64,000 nucleotides of DNA from Rhizobium sp. Q54 (GCA_945870035.1 CAMBQQ010000004.1:197-64196), one strand, 5' to 3'. Positions 1-10,075 are shown, numbered from the stretch's first letter. Program-made: numbers and translations. The notes: a model not told the origin generated them from the sequence alone.

Positions 1-743
1 CGCTGGCAGTCCCGAGCGCTGTCGTCGAAACGCCCGGCGAGGGTGTCGCCGGCTTTGTCGATGGCCGCGCCATTGTCGTCGGCGGTTTGGCCTATGTCGC
101 CCGCCAAACCGGCGGTACCGCCGAGTCGCTGCTGAGCGTCAAGCGCCCGCCGGGCGCGCTGGCCGTGGCGGTGGCAGCCGACGGCAAATTAATCGGCGTC
201 TTGATCCTGGCCGACGAATTGCGCGCCGGTACCGAACAGCTGTTGCTGTCGCTGCGTCAGGAAGGCGTCGAGCGTATCGTGCTGGCGACCGGCGACCGGC
301 GCGAAGTCGCCAGATTTGTCGGCGAAGGCCTCGGCCTCGACGCGGTGCGTTCGGACCTGACGCCGGATCAGAAAGTCCTGCTGGTATTGTCGGAGCGCAA
401 GAATGGCCCGGTGATGATGATCGGCGACGGCGTCAACGACGCGCCGGCGCTGGCCGCCGCCGACATAGGCATGGCCATGGGCGCACGCGGCACGGCGGCC
501 TCGGCGGAAGCGGCCGACGTCGTGCTGCTGGTCGATCAACTCGACCGCGTCCTGCCGGCCGTCAGAATCGCGCGCCGCTCGCGCCGCATTGCGCTGGAGA
601 GCGTTGTCGCCGGCATCGGTCTGTCGCTCATCGCCATGGTGGCGGCGGCGTTCGGCCTGATCGCGCCGGTGCAAGGCGCGCTGTTGCAGGAAGTCATCGA
701 CGTCGCGGTGATCTTCAACGCGTTGCGTGCATTGCGCGGTTAA
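1..743 (+). CDS. Heavy-metal P1B-type ATPase, C-terminal part (5' end outside window)
   Basis: TGD, DLTPDQK and MIGDGVNDAPALAAAD motifs, then two TM helices with QEVID (QEXXD). Confidence 0.93.
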   Translation, partial: LAVPSAVVETPGEGVAGFVDGRAIVVGGLAYVARQTGGTAESLLSVKRPPGALAVAVAADGKLIGVLILADELRAGTEQLLLSLRQEGVERIVLATGDRREVARFVGEGLGLDAVRSDLTPDQKVLLVLSERKNGPVMMIGDGVNDAPALAAADIGMAMGARGTAASAEAADVVLLVDQLDRVLPAVRIARRSRRIALESVVAGIGLSLIAMVAAAFGLIAPVQGALLQEVIDVAVIFNALRALRG

Positions 744-816
744 CGCGCTTCGCGCTTTCGGCGCGCCTGAGTTCCGGCGCGAACGCGTCGTGCCGCGCAA
801 TTGCCTCATTGGAACA

Positions 817-841
817 GGAACGGCTGCGGTCCCCACGCATT
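817..841 (+). promoter_or_regulatory. Putative general-stress ECF sigma (EcfG/RpoE2/SigT) promoter
   Basis: GGAAC(817-821)-N16-CATT(838-841), 60 nt upstream of a DUF892 gene, a usual EcfG target. Confidence 0.6.
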
Positions 842-900
842 GACCCTGCGACCGGGCAAGCCGGCATCCAATCACCCGCACAAATTTCGAGGAGTCACTC

Positions 901-1404
901 ATGGGTCTGTTCAGCAAAGACATCAAGACGATGGACGATTTGTTCGTCCACACGCTCAAGGACATCTATTACGCCGAAAACCAGATCGCCAAGGCGCTGC
1001 CGGGCATGGTTCAAAAGGCGACCGACAGCGGCCTCAAGCAGGGGTTCCAGTCGCACCTTGCCGAGACCAAAGGTCACATCCAGCGCCTCGAGCAGGTCTT
1101 CAAGATGCATGGCGTCGCGGTCGAAGGCGTCAACTGCCCGGCCATCGACGGCATCCTTGAGGAAGCCAACGAGGTCAGCGGCGAGGTCGAGGACAAGCAG
1201 GTGCTCGACGCGGCGCTCATCGCCATGGCTCAAGCGGTCGAGCATTACGAGATCACCCGCTACGGCACCCTGATCGCCTGGGCCAAACAGCTCGGACGTC
1301 CCGATTGTGCGGCGGTCCTCGAGCAGAACCTCAAGGAAGAAAAGGCCGCCGACATGAAGCTCACCGGTCTGGCCGAACGCGGCATCAACGCCAAAGCCGC
1401 GTAA
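901..1404 (+). CDS. yciF: YciF/DUF892 ferritin-like protein
   Basis: LKDIYYAENQI, HLAETKGHIQRLEQVF and AQAVEHYEITRYGTL; GAGGAG SD upstream. Confidence 0.92.
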   Translation: MGLFSKDIKTMDDLFVHTLKDIYYAENQIAKALPGMVQKATDSGLKQGFQSHLAETKGHIQRLEQVFKMHGVAVEGVNCPAIDGILEEANEVSGEVEDKQVLDAALIAMAQAVEHYEITRYGTLIAWAKQLGRPDCAAVLEQNLKEEKAADMKLTGLAERGINAKAA

Positions 1405-1504
1405 CCTGGCGGCGTAAGCCGCTTGCAAAGTGGCTGCCTGAGTGGCCTCGCCGCTCCGAAAGGCAGCAGATTGTCGCGGGCCCATGTGGGACGCTGGCGA
1501 TCCG

Positions 1505-1534
1505 AAAAGACCCTGGCCCGGCCAGGGTCTTTTT
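1505..1534. terminator. Bidirectional intrinsic terminator
   Basis: aaaagaccctgg-loop-ccagggtcttttt between convergent genes. Confidence 0.85.
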
Positions 1535-1543
1535 GTATCTGGC

Positions 1544-1726
1544 CTAGCGGTTCTGCCGGATCGCCTTCCAGGCAACCCCGGCCGCCACAACCGTCAGCAC
1601 GCCCGCCGCGGCGTAAGCGAGGTATTCGGGCCAGCCCGGATCCTGCTCCACGGCGAATCCCAGCAGAAACGGGATGGGCCATATGAAGATGATGATGTGG
1701 CGGAGAACGCTGGAAAATCTGTCCAT
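1544..1726 (-). CDS. Small (about 60 aa) hypothetical membrane protein
   Basis: MDRFSSVLRHIIIFIWPIPFLLGFAV...YLAYAAAGVLTVVAAGVAWKAIRQNR has two hydrophobic segments and ends just before the terminator. The start is uncertain. Confidence 0.5.
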   Translation of the reverse strand: MDRFSSVLRHIIIFIWPIPFLLGFAVEQDPGWPEYLAYAAAGVLTVVAAGVAWKAIRQNR

Positions 1727-1811
1727 ACGCAAAAATAGCCATGAACCAGGCAAAATTCCCGGTGCATTTTGCCACGGCATGCCGGTTTTGTTTGGTGCGG
1801 ACATGCACTAG

Positions 1812-3890
1812 ATGAACACCATGACCGAAACGCCATCCGCTGCCGCCCCCACCCAAAATCCTTTGCTTGCCGACTGGACCGGCGCCTTCGCGCTGCCGCC
1901 TTTCGAGATATTGAAGCCGGAGCACTTCCGCCCGGCCTTCGACCAGGCTCTGGCCGCGCACCGCGCCGAGTTGGACGCCATTTCCGCCAATCTGGAGAGG
2001 CCGACCTTCGACAACACCATTGTCGCGCTGGAGAACAGCGGCCGCGACCTCGACAAGGTCGCCAACGTGTTCTTCGTCAAGGCCGGGGCCGACACCGGCG
2101 AGGCGATCGAGGCGATCGAGCGTGACATGTCGCCGCTTCTGGCCCGCCACTCCAACGCCATGTATCTCGATCGCGCGCTCTATGCCCGCATCGGCGACCT
2201 CTATGCCCGCCGCGCCACGCTCGGCCTGACGCCTGAACAGGCCCGCGTCCTTGACCGCTACCACACCCGCTTCGTCCGCGCCGGCGGCGCGCTCGACAAG
2301 GCGGCGCAGGACCGCCTCGCCGCCATCAACGAACGGTTGGCCACGCTCGGCACCCAGTTCGGCCAGAATGTGCTGGCCGACGAGAAGGGCTTTGCGCTCA
2401 TTCTCGACGAGGCCGATCTCGCCGGCCTGCCGGACTACGCCGTTGCCGCGGCGAGTGCCGCCGCAGAAGAGCGCGGCCACAAGGGAAAATACGCCATCAC
2501 TCTGGCGCGCAGTTCCTGCGAAGGCTTTCTCCAGTTCTCGTCGCGGCGCGATCTGCGCGAGAAGATGTTCCAGGCCTGGACCAAGCGCGGCGAAAACGGC
2601 GGCGAAACCGACAACCGCGCTTTGATCGCCGAAATGGTCGCCCTGCGTGGCGAGCGCGCCAGGCTGCTTGGATTTGCCAGCTTTGCCGACTACCGGCTGG
2701 ATGATTCCATGGCCAAGACGCCGAAGGCGGCGCGCACGCTGCTCGATAACGTCTGGGGCCGCGCCAAGGCCAAGGCCGGCAAGGAGCGCGACGCGCTGCA
2801 GGAGATGATCGCGCAGGAGGGCGGCAACTTCGCTTTAGCGCCGCACGACTGGCGCTATTACGCCGAGAAACTGCGCAAGGCGAAATACGATCTCGATGAA
2901 TCCGAGATCAAGCCGTACTTCCAGCTTAACAAGATGATCGACGCCGCCTTCGAGACCGCGCACCGCTTGTTCGGCCTCAACTTCAAGGCCGTCTGCACGC
3001 CGCTCTATCATCCCGACGCCCGCGCCTGGGACGTCACTGACGCTTCGGGAAAGCATGTCGGCCTGTTCATCGGCGATTATTTTGCCCGCGCCTCCAAGCA
3101 TTCCGGCGCCTGGATGACCTCGCTGCGCGACCAGCAGAAACTGTCCGGCGATATCCGCCCGGTCATTCTCAATGTCTGCAACTTCTCCAAGCCCGCCGCC
3201 GGCCAACCGGCGCTGCTGTCGTTCGACGACGCCCGCACGCTCTTCCACGAATTCGGCCACGGCCTTCATGGCCTGCTGTCGAACGTGACCTATCCGCTGC
3301 TCGCCGGCACCGCGGTGTCCAGCGATTTCGTCGAACTGCCGTCGCAGCTTTACGAGCACTGGCTGGAGGTGCCGGAAATTCTCCAGAAATACGCGCGCCA
3401 TGCGAAAACCAACGAGCCGATGCCGAAGGCGATGTTCGACAAGCTCTTGGCGACGCGCACCTACGGCCAGGGCTTCGCCACCATCGAATACACATCGTGT
3501 GCGCTCGTCGATCTCGACATTCACGCGCTGCCCGATACGGCCGCGCTCGATGTCAGCAAGTTCGAGCGCGACACCCTCGCCGCCATGAACATGCCGGCGG
3601 AAATCGTCATGCGGCACCGCCTGCCGCATTTCCAGCATCTGTTTTCCGGCGGCGGCTATGCGGCCGGCTATTACTCGTACATGTGGTCGGAAGTACTCGA
3701 CGCCGACGCTTTCGAGGCCTTCTCTGAGACCGGCAACGCTTTCGATCCGGCGATGGCGCAAAGACTGCGCGACTTCATTTACTCAGCCGGCAATTTGCGC
3801 GATCCGGGCGAAGCCTATGTCGCCTTCCGCGGCCGCCTGCCGTCGGTCGAGCCGTTGTTGAAGAAGCGCGGGCTTTCGGACGCAGCATGA
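1812..3890 (+). CDS. dcp: M3 family metallopeptidase (peptidyl-dipeptidase Dcp-like)
   Basis: TLFHEFGHGLH zinc motif, DFVELPSQLYEHW, GYAAGYYSYMWSEVLDAD; 692 aa. Confidence 0.93.
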   Translation: MNTMTETPSAAAPTQNPLLADWTGAFALPPFEILKPEHFRPAFDQALAAHRAELDAISANLERPTFDNTIVALENSGRDLDKVANVFFVKAGADTGEAIEAIERDMSPLLARHSNAMYLDRALYARIGDLYARRATLGLTPEQARVLDRYHTRFVRAGGALDKAAQDRLAAINERLATLGTQFGQNVLADEKGFALILDEADLAGLPDYAVAAASAAAEERGHKGKYAITLARSSCEGFLQFSSRRDLREKMFQAWTKRGENGGETDNRALIAEMVALRGERARLLGFASFADYRLDDSMAKTPKAARTLLDNVWGRAKAKAGKERDALQEMIAQEGGNFALAPHDWRYYAEKLRKAKYDLDESEIKPYFQLNKMIDAAFETAHRLFGLNFKAVCTPLYHPDARAWDVTDASGKHVGLFIGDYFARASKHSGAWMTSLRDQQKLSGDIRPVILNVCNFSKPAAGQPALLSFDDARTLFHEFGHGLHGLLSNVTYPLLAGTAVSSDFVELPSQLYEHWLEVPEILQKYARHAKTNEPMPKAMFDKLLATRTYGQGFATIEYTSCALVDLDIHALPDTAALDVSKFERDTLAAMNMPAEIVMRHRLPHFQHLFSGGGYAAGYYSYMWSEVLDADAFEAFSETGNAFDPAMAQRLRDFIYSAGNLRDPGEAYVAFRGRLPSVEPLLKKRGLSDAA

Positions 3891-5509
3891 CCGAACTCCA
3901 CACCGCCGGTCATCGCAAGGGCGTCGTCTGCGCGCCGCATGCACTCGCGGTCGAAGACGGCCGCGCCATTTTGGAAGAAGGCGGCAACGCCATCGAGGCG
4001 ATGCTGGCGATGGCGGCGTCGATCGCCGCCGTCTATCCGCATATGAACCACATCGGCGGCGACGGCTTCTGGCTGATCCGCGAGCCGAACGGCCGCGTCC
4101 GCGCCATCATGGGCGCGGGGCGCGCCGGCGCCAAGGCGACGCCGCGCTTTTACAAAGACGCCGGCCATTACGACATTCCGTCGCGCGGCCCGCTCGCCGC
4201 GCTCACCGTGCCCGGCGCCATTGCCGGCTGGATGCTGGCGATCGAGGCGGCCAAGGCGCAGACCGGCAAAGGCATCAACAAGGGCGGCTCGCGCCTGCCG
4301 CTGCATGTGTTGTTCGACGCCGCCATCCGCCGTGCCCGCGACGGTTACAAAGTGACACGCAGCCAGGCGCAGCTCAGCAAAGACAAATTCGCCGAGCTGG
4401 AAAAGGTGCCCGGCTTCGCCGATGCCTTCCTGATCGATGGCAAGCCGCCGGAAGCCGGCGCGCTTCTCAAGCAAACCAAATTTGCCGAGACGCTGGAGCA
4501 TCTCGCCAAATCCGGCTTGCAGGATTTCTACCGCGGCGATGTCGGCCGTGAGATCGCCGCCGATCTCGAACGCATCGGTTCGCCGGTGACGCGCGCCGAC
4601 CTTGAAAAATACGAGGCGAAAATCGCCGAGCCGCTCAGCGTCAAGATCAACGGCGCGACGCTCTACAACACGCCGCCGCCGACGCAGGGGCTCGCCTCGC
4701 TCATGATCCTCGCTCTGTATGACCGCCTGCGCGTCCCGGAGGCGGAAAGCTTCGCGCACATCCACGGCCTGATCGAATCCACCAAGCGCGCCTTCATCGT
4801 CCGCGACCGCGAGGTCACCGATCCCGATCACATCGACGGCAATCTCGGCCGCTTTCTCGATGCGCCGTTTCTCGATGTCGATGTCACGAAAATCGACATG
4901 AAGCGGGCGGCGCGCTGGCCCTCGCCCGAAGCGCGCGGCGACACCATCTGGATGGGGGCTGCGGATTCCTCCGGCCTCGTTGTCTCCTACATCCAGTCGA
5001 TCTACTGGGAGTTCGGCTCCGGCTGCGTGCTGCCGGCGACCGGCGTGCTGATGCAGAACCGCGGCTCGAGCTTTTCGCTCGACCCGAAAGCGGTCAACGC
5101 GCTGGAGCCGGGCAGGCGGCCGTTCCATACGCTCAATCCGGCGCTCGCCACGCTCAAGGACGGCCGCGTCATGGCCTATGGCACGATGGGCGGCGACGGC
5201 CAGCCGCAGACGCAAGCCGCTCTGTTCACGCGCCATGTCACCTACAAGCAGCCTCTGGACAAGGCGCTCGACGCGCCGCGCTGGCTCTTGGGCCGCACTT
5301 GGGGTTCGAGCCAGACCAACCTGCGCATGGAATCCCGCTTCGACGGCCATCTCATTGATCGGCTGATGTCGGCCGGCCACGATGTGCAGGTGCTGGACGA
5401 AGGGTATTCGGACACGATGGGCCATGCCGGCGCTGTCATATTTCATCCCAACGGCACTCTGGAAGGCGGTCACGACCCGCGCGCCGACGGCGGCGCGGCG
5501 GGCGTTTAA
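3887..5509 (+). CDS. ggt: Gamma-glutamyltransferase family protein
   Basis: GGNAIEA, GIGGDGF-like HIGGDGF, GDT nucleophile, RPFHTLNP and GTMGGDGQPQ; ATGA overlap with dcp. Confidence 0.92.
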   Translation: MTELHTAGHRKGVVCAPHALAVEDGRAILEEGGNAIEAMLAMAASIAAVYPHMNHIGGDGFWLIREPNGRVRAIMGAGRAGAKATPRFYKDAGHYDIPSRGPLAALTVPGAIAGWMLAIEAAKAQTGKGINKGGSRLPLHVLFDAAIRRARDGYKVTRSQAQLSKDKFAELEKVPGFADAFLIDGKPPEAGALLKQTKFAETLEHLAKSGLQDFYRGDVGREIAADLERIGSPVTRADLEKYEAKIAEPLSVKINGATLYNTPPPTQGLASLMILALYDRLRVPEAESFAHIHGLIESTKRAFIVRDREVTDPDHIDGNLGRFLDAPFLDVDVTKIDMKRAARWPSPEARGDTIWMGAADSSGLVVSYIQSIYWEFGSGCVLPATGVLMQNRGSSFSLDPKAVNALEPGRRPFHTLNPALATLKDGRVMAYGTMGGDGQPQTQAALFTRHVTYKQPLDKALDAPRWLLGRTWGSSQTNLRMESRFDGHLIDRLMSAGHDVQVLDEGYSDTMGHAGAVIFHPNGTLEGGHDPRADGGAAGV

Positions 5510-5554
5510 CTGTTACAATGTTGCCGCCTCGTTTATGCCGCACTCCGTGATAAT

Positions 5555-6202
5555 GTGCCGCTCATGAAACTCCGAATCCTTATCGCCGCTCTTCTGACCC
5601 TGGCCTTCGCCGCGCCGGCCTTCGCCCATCCGCATGTCTGGGTGACGATGCGCTCCGAAGTGGTCTATGCGCCGGACGGCACCATCACCGGCGTGCGCCA
5701 CGCCTGGTCGTTCGACGACATGTTTTCGGCCTTCGCCACGCAGGGCTACGAGGGCAAGGTGAAGGGCGAATTCACCCGCGAGGAGCTGGCGCCGCTCGCC
5801 AAGGTCAATGTCGAGTCGCTGAAGGAATACGATTACTTCACCTACGCCACCGTCGACGGCAACAAGGTCAAGATGACCGAGCCGCTGCCGGACTATTACC
5901 TCAGCTTCGAGAACCAGGTGCTGACTTTGCACTTCACCATTCCGTTCGAGAAGCCGGCGAAGGCGAAGCGGCTGAATGTCGACATCTACGACCCGACGAT
6001 CTTCGTCAATTTCGAATTCGCCAAGAAGGACGCGGTCGCGCTCGCCAATGCGCCGGCCGGCTGCAAGCTCGACACCGTGCTGCCGCGCGAAATGACCTAT
6101 GCCGAGGGCAAGAAGCTCTCGGAAATTCCCGCCGACCAGCCGAACACCACGATGGCTTTCGGCGCGCAGTTCGCCAACAAGATTTTGGTGAACTGTCCGT
6201 AG
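5555..6202 (+). CDS. DUF1007 family periplasmic protein (start may be ATG 5564)
   Basis: Signal peptide ending AFA, then HPHVWV, W.FDDMFS and YDPTIFV. Confidence 0.85.
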   Translation: MPLMKLRILIAALLTLAFAAPAFAHPHVWVTMRSEVVYAPDGTITGVRHAWSFDDMFSAFATQGYEGKVKGEFTREELAPLAKVNVESLKEYDYFTYATVDGNKVKMTEPLPDYYLSFENQVLTLHFTIPFEKPAKAKRLNVDIYDPTIFVNFEFAKKDAVALANAPAGCKLDTVLPREMTYAEGKKLSEIPADQPNTTMAFGAQFANKILVNCP

Positions 6203-6236
6203 CCGGACGGCCGTCACTTCGCGGGGACAATCGAAC

Positions 6237-7298
6237 ATGACGTGGCTGTCCCGGCGCTCCGCTCTGACGCAGTCCTTTATCTTTATCGCTTTCGTGCTCG
6301 TCGTCCTCGGCATCATCGACGTGGCGATGGCGCAGCCCTTCGGCGTGACGCGCCCGCCGGCGCAGCCCGACAGCGGCGGCCTGACCGGCTGGATCTTGTA
6401 CAAGCAGGCCGAGTTCTATCGCATGCTGTCCGGCGCCATTCGCGCCGCCAAGGCCGATGGCAGCGCCACCTGGGCGCTGCTCGGCATTTCCTTTGCCTAT
6501 GGCGCGTTTCATGCCGCCGGCCCCGGCCACGGCAAGGCGGTAATCTCGTCCTATCTCGTCGCCAATGACGAGACCTGGAAGCGCGGCATCGCGCTGTCTT
6601 TTGCTTCCGCAATTCTGCAAGCCATTACCGCGGTCGCGGTCGTCGCCATTGTCGCCATGCTGCTCGGGGCGACATCGAAGGCGATGGGCGACACCGTGCG
6701 TGTCATCGAGGTCGTCAGTTACGGCCTGATTGTCTTGATCGGCCTCAGGCTGCTGTGGGTGAAGGGCCGCGCCTTCCTGGCGCTGCTGTGGCCGCAGCCG
6801 AATGCGCATGACCATTCGCATGCGCACGATCACCACCATGGTCACGATCATTCACACGGCCATTCACACGATCACGCGCAGGATCATCACGACCACGCCG
6901 ATGAAGCCCACGCCTGGGGCCATGCCCATGCGCCGGAGCCGCGCGAACTTGTTGGCCGCGACTGGTGGAAGCGTGGCTTGACCGCGATCGTCGCCGTCGG
7001 CTTGCGGCCCTGCTCGGGCGCGATCATCGTTCTGGTGTTTGCTTTGGCGCAAAGCATGTTCTGGACCGGCGTCGCCTCGACTTTCGTCATGGGGCTCGGC
7101 ACGGCGATCACCGTCTCGGCCATCGCCACCATCGCGGTCGGCGCGCGCGGCCTCGCCGGCAAATTCGCCAAGGCCAAACCGGGCGCCGGCATGCTGCTGT
7201 TGCGCGGGCTGGAAACCGCCGCCGCCGGCTTCATCGTCGTGTTCGGCGCGCTGTTGTTGATGGGCTATATGGTGAGCGAGCGCATGATCGGCGTCTGA
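6237..7298 (+). CDS. Nickel/cobalt transporter (RcnA/NicO family)
   Basis: YGAFHAAGPGHGKAVISSY, a His-rich loop and GLRPCSGAIIVLVFA. Confidence 0.88.
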   Translation: MTWLSRRSALTQSFIFIAFVLVVLGIIDVAMAQPFGVTRPPAQPDSGGLTGWILYKQAEFYRMLSGAIRAAKADGSATWALLGISFAYGAFHAAGPGHGKAVISSYLVANDETWKRGIALSFASAILQAITAVAVVAIVAMLLGATSKAMGDTVRVIEVVSYGLIVLIGLRLLWVKGRAFLALLWPQPNAHDHSHAHDHHHGHDHSHGHSHDHAQDHHDHADEAHAWGHAHAPEPRELVGRDWWKRGLTAIVAVGLRPCSGAIIVLVFALAQSMFWTGVASTFVMGLGTAITVSAIATIAVGARGLAGKFAKAKPGAGMLLLRGLETAAAGFIVVFGALLLMGYMVSERMIGV

Positions 7299-7388
7299 TG
7301 GCCATCGCGCGATTTTAAGTCTGCCATCGCTGGATAAGTATTGCCCTTCGCGCGGCTGCCGCTAGCCTTGCGGACAAGGGAGCGTCTT

Positions 7389-8430
7389 ATGCCGGGAAAT
7401 TTCCTGAAAGAACTTGGCGTCGATCAGCCCATCATCCTGGCGCCAATGGCGGGCGGTTCGGGCACGCCGGAGCTTGTCGCCGCGGTTTCGAATGCCGGCG
7501 GGCTCGGCTCCTGGGGCGGCGGCTACGCGACGCCGCAGCAGATCCTCGACGCCGCGAAGCAAATACGCGCGCTGACGTCAAAGCCGTTCGCGCTCAACCT
7601 GTTCGCCGGCGGCTATAACATCAGGCCGCCGGTCGACCCGGCGCCGATGCTCGCTATGGTCACGAAAGCGCATGAAGCGCTCGGCCTACCGCCGCCGGTG
7701 CTGCCGCCGGTGCCCGAAAATCCCTTCGACGATCAACTCGCCGCGGTCATCGAAGCACGGCCGGCTTTGTTCAGCTTTACCTTCGGGATTCCCGATGCCG
7801 ACGCGTTAGCGCGCTTGCGCAAAGCCGGCATCCGCACCTGCGGCACCGCGACAACGGTGGAGGAGGGCCGCGCGCTTGCGGCTGCCGGCGTCGAATCGAT
7901 CGCCGCGCAAGGCGAGGAAGCCGGTGCGCATCGCGGCACGTTCCTCGCCGCGATGGAAGACTCGATGGTGCCGACGCTCGACCTGACGCGCGGCATCGTC
8001 GCCGCAACATCGCTGCCGGTGTTCGCTTCCGGCGGCCTCATGGATGGCCGCGATATTGCCGCCGCGCTGGCCACCGGCGCGCAGGCCGCGCAGCTCGGCA
8101 CGGCATTTCTCGTTTGCCCGGAAAGCGGCGCCGCCGCGCCTTACAAAAAGGCGCTGTGCGATGCGCGCGAGGACACCACCGTCATCACCCGCGCCTATTC
8201 GGGCCGCGAGGCGCGCGGCCTGCGCAACAAGTTCATCGACATGACGGCGGATACGCCGATCCTGCCGTTCCGCCAGCAGAACGACCTGACGCGGCCGATG
8301 CGCACCGAATCCGGCAAGAAAGGCACGCCTGATTATATTTCGCTGTGGGCGGGACGCGGGGTGACGCGCGCGCGCCATGCCGGCGGCCGAGCTGATGAAA
8401 ACGCTAATCGTGGAAATCGCTGGCGCGTAA
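7389..8430 (+). CDS. Nitronate monooxygenase family protein, frameshifted near the C-terminus as sequenced
   Basis: PIILAPMAGG, QGEEAGAHRG, ASGGLMDGRDI and SLWAGRG. The normal tail MPAAELMKTLIVEIAGA* (stop 8428-8430) is in another frame after a (CG)n tract at about 8365-8376. Confidence 0.85.
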
Positions 8431-8784
8431 CACGATCGGCTGGCCGTGCGGGGTGCGGTCGCAGGCATGGTCCCAGGCATCGCGCGTGCGATGCAAGGTC
8501 TGCGTTGTCGCCACGCCTTTTTCCGCCACCATGCGCTCCAGCGCCGCCAGCCAGTGCGAATAATAGGTTTCGCCGGTGTCGGGATCGCCGGCAGCCTGCG
8601 CGCGCTTGATCTCGCCGGCGAGCGCCGCCGCCCATTCCGGCCAGGTGAACAGGCCGCGATCGTACAGCGCGAGCGTCATGGCGAAGGCCTGCGCCTCCCA
8701 CGGCTCCTTGAACACCGGGCCGTCTTCATCGGTCGGAATGCTGGGCACGGCGCTGGCCGCCTGCATCGCCGTTGCGTTGGCCAT
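8404..8784 (-). CDS. Nitrile hydratase accessory protein (P14K/NhlE-like)
   Basis: PVFKEPWEAQAFAM, FTWPEWAAAL and YYSHWLAALE; TAATG coupling to nthB. Confidence 0.9.
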   Translation of the reverse strand: MANATAMQAASAVPSIPTDEDGPVFKEPWEAQAFAMTLALYDRGLFTWPEWAAALAGEIKRAQAAGDPDTGETYYSHWLAALERMVAEKGVATTQTLHRTRDAWDHACDRTPHGQPIVLRASDFHD

Positions 8785-9443
8785 TACGCGCGCTCCAGAT
8801 ACGGCTCGAACGCGTCGATCGAAACCTTCAGCGTCGGGTCGGCGTCGTCGCCCCACAAGTCGCGGGCGTCGAACACCACCGTGTAAAGCCACTGCGGGTT
8901 CTCGCCTTTGTCATGCGCGGCGGTGTCGGGGAAAACGTGGCAGCCATTGATGCGCTCGACGATGCCGCTGTGGCCGCGCACGTAACGCGGCAGCCTGGTG
9001 TGCGTCAGTGGGTTGATGTTCTTTGCGCGCACTTTGTCGCCGATCTTGAAGATCGCCGGCGCCTTCGCGTCGCGGCCGAAGCTGCCGCGCACCATGATGC
9101 GCTCGACATCCTTGACGGTGAACTTGCCCCGCTTGAGCGGCGCGCCGGCATGCAGCGCATGCGCGGCGTCGACTTCGTCGCGGCCAGCCATGCCGAGCGC
9201 ATCGAGATGCCGCTCCAAAGCGAGAAACCATTTCTTGTAATAGGAACTGGAAAGATAGACCTCGGGCGGCAGCGACTCGCGGGCAAAGCGCGACGCATCG
9301 ATGTTGAAGGCGCCCTGTGCGCCCATTGCGCGCACCATCGCCATGACGCGGCCTTCCCATGGCGCATGAAACATCGGCTCGTTTGGCTCCGGCTCGACTT
9401 TGCCGAAACCGTCCATGCCGCCCATGTCGTGAACGCCGTTCAT
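8784..9443 (-). CDS. nthB: Nitrile hydratase subunit beta
   Basis: [22 protein letters not shown] and [10 protein letters not shown]. Confidence 0.95.
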   Translation of the reverse strand: MNGVHDMGGMDGFGKVEPEPNEPMFHAPWEGRVMAMVRAMGAQGAFNIDASRFARESLPPEVYLSSSYYKKWFLALERHLDALGMAGRDEVDAAHALHAGAPLKRGKFTVKDVERIMVRGSFGRDAKAPAIFKIGDKVRAKNINPLTHTRLPRYVRGHSGIVERINGCHVFPDTAAHDKGENPQWLYTVVFDARDLWGDDADPTLKVSIDAFEPYLERA

Positions 9444-10075
9444 GGTGCCGCCTTCGGCAACCCCGTGCCGATCATGCTGTCGCGGGTGACGATGTCGGCG
9501 AGGCGTTCCTCGCTCCAGCCTTCGGTGCCGGCGGGGCGCATCGGCAGAACGAGAAAGCGCGTCTCCGCGGTCGAATCCCAGACGCGGATTTCGGTGTCCT
9601 TTGGCAGCGTCACGCCGAAATCGGCGAGCACGCCGCGGGGGTCTTTCACCGCGCGCGAGCGGTACGGCGAGGCCTTGTACCAGACCGGCGGCAGGCCGAG
9701 CATTTCCCACGGATAACAGGAGCACAGAGTGCACACGACCATGTTGTGCCGCTGCGGCGTATTTTCGACCGCGATCAGATGATCGCCGACGCGGGCCACA
9801 TGGCCGAGCGTGCCGATCGCTTTCGACGCATCGTCGAGCAGCGCCTGCTTGAACGCCGGATCGGTCCAGGCCTTGGCGACGACGCGGGCGCCGTTGCGCG
9901 GGCCGATTTTCGTTTCATAGGCCTCGACGATGGCGTCGAGCGCCGCCGGATCGACATAGCCTTTTTCGGTCAGCACGGTTTCCAGCGCGCGCACGCGCAA
10001 CTGCGTTTCCGACAGTTCGGAATGCTCGTGATCGTGATGATGGTGGTCGTGGGAATGATCGTGATCGTGTGCCAT
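9440..10075 (-). CDS. nthA: Cobalt-type nitrile hydratase subunit alpha
   Basis: [10 protein letters not shown] metal site (Thr indicates Co-type), His-rich N-terminus, [14 protein letters not shown]. Confidence 0.96.
   Translation of the reverse strand: MAHDHDHSHDHHHHDHEHSELSETQLRVRALETVLTEKGYVDPAALDAIVEAYETKIGPRNGARVVAKAWTDPAFKQALLDDASKAIGTLGHVARVGDHLIAVENTPQRHNMVVCTLCSCYPWEMLGLPPVWYKASPYRSRAVKDPRGVLADFGVTLPKDTEIRVWDSTAETRFLVLPMRPAGTEGWSEERLADIVTRDSMIGTGLPKAAP

Noticed and set aside
7341-8609. 422-aa extended nitronate monooxygenase
   Set aside because: The tail results from the frameshift, and the TTG start lies upstream of the family-typical start at 7389.
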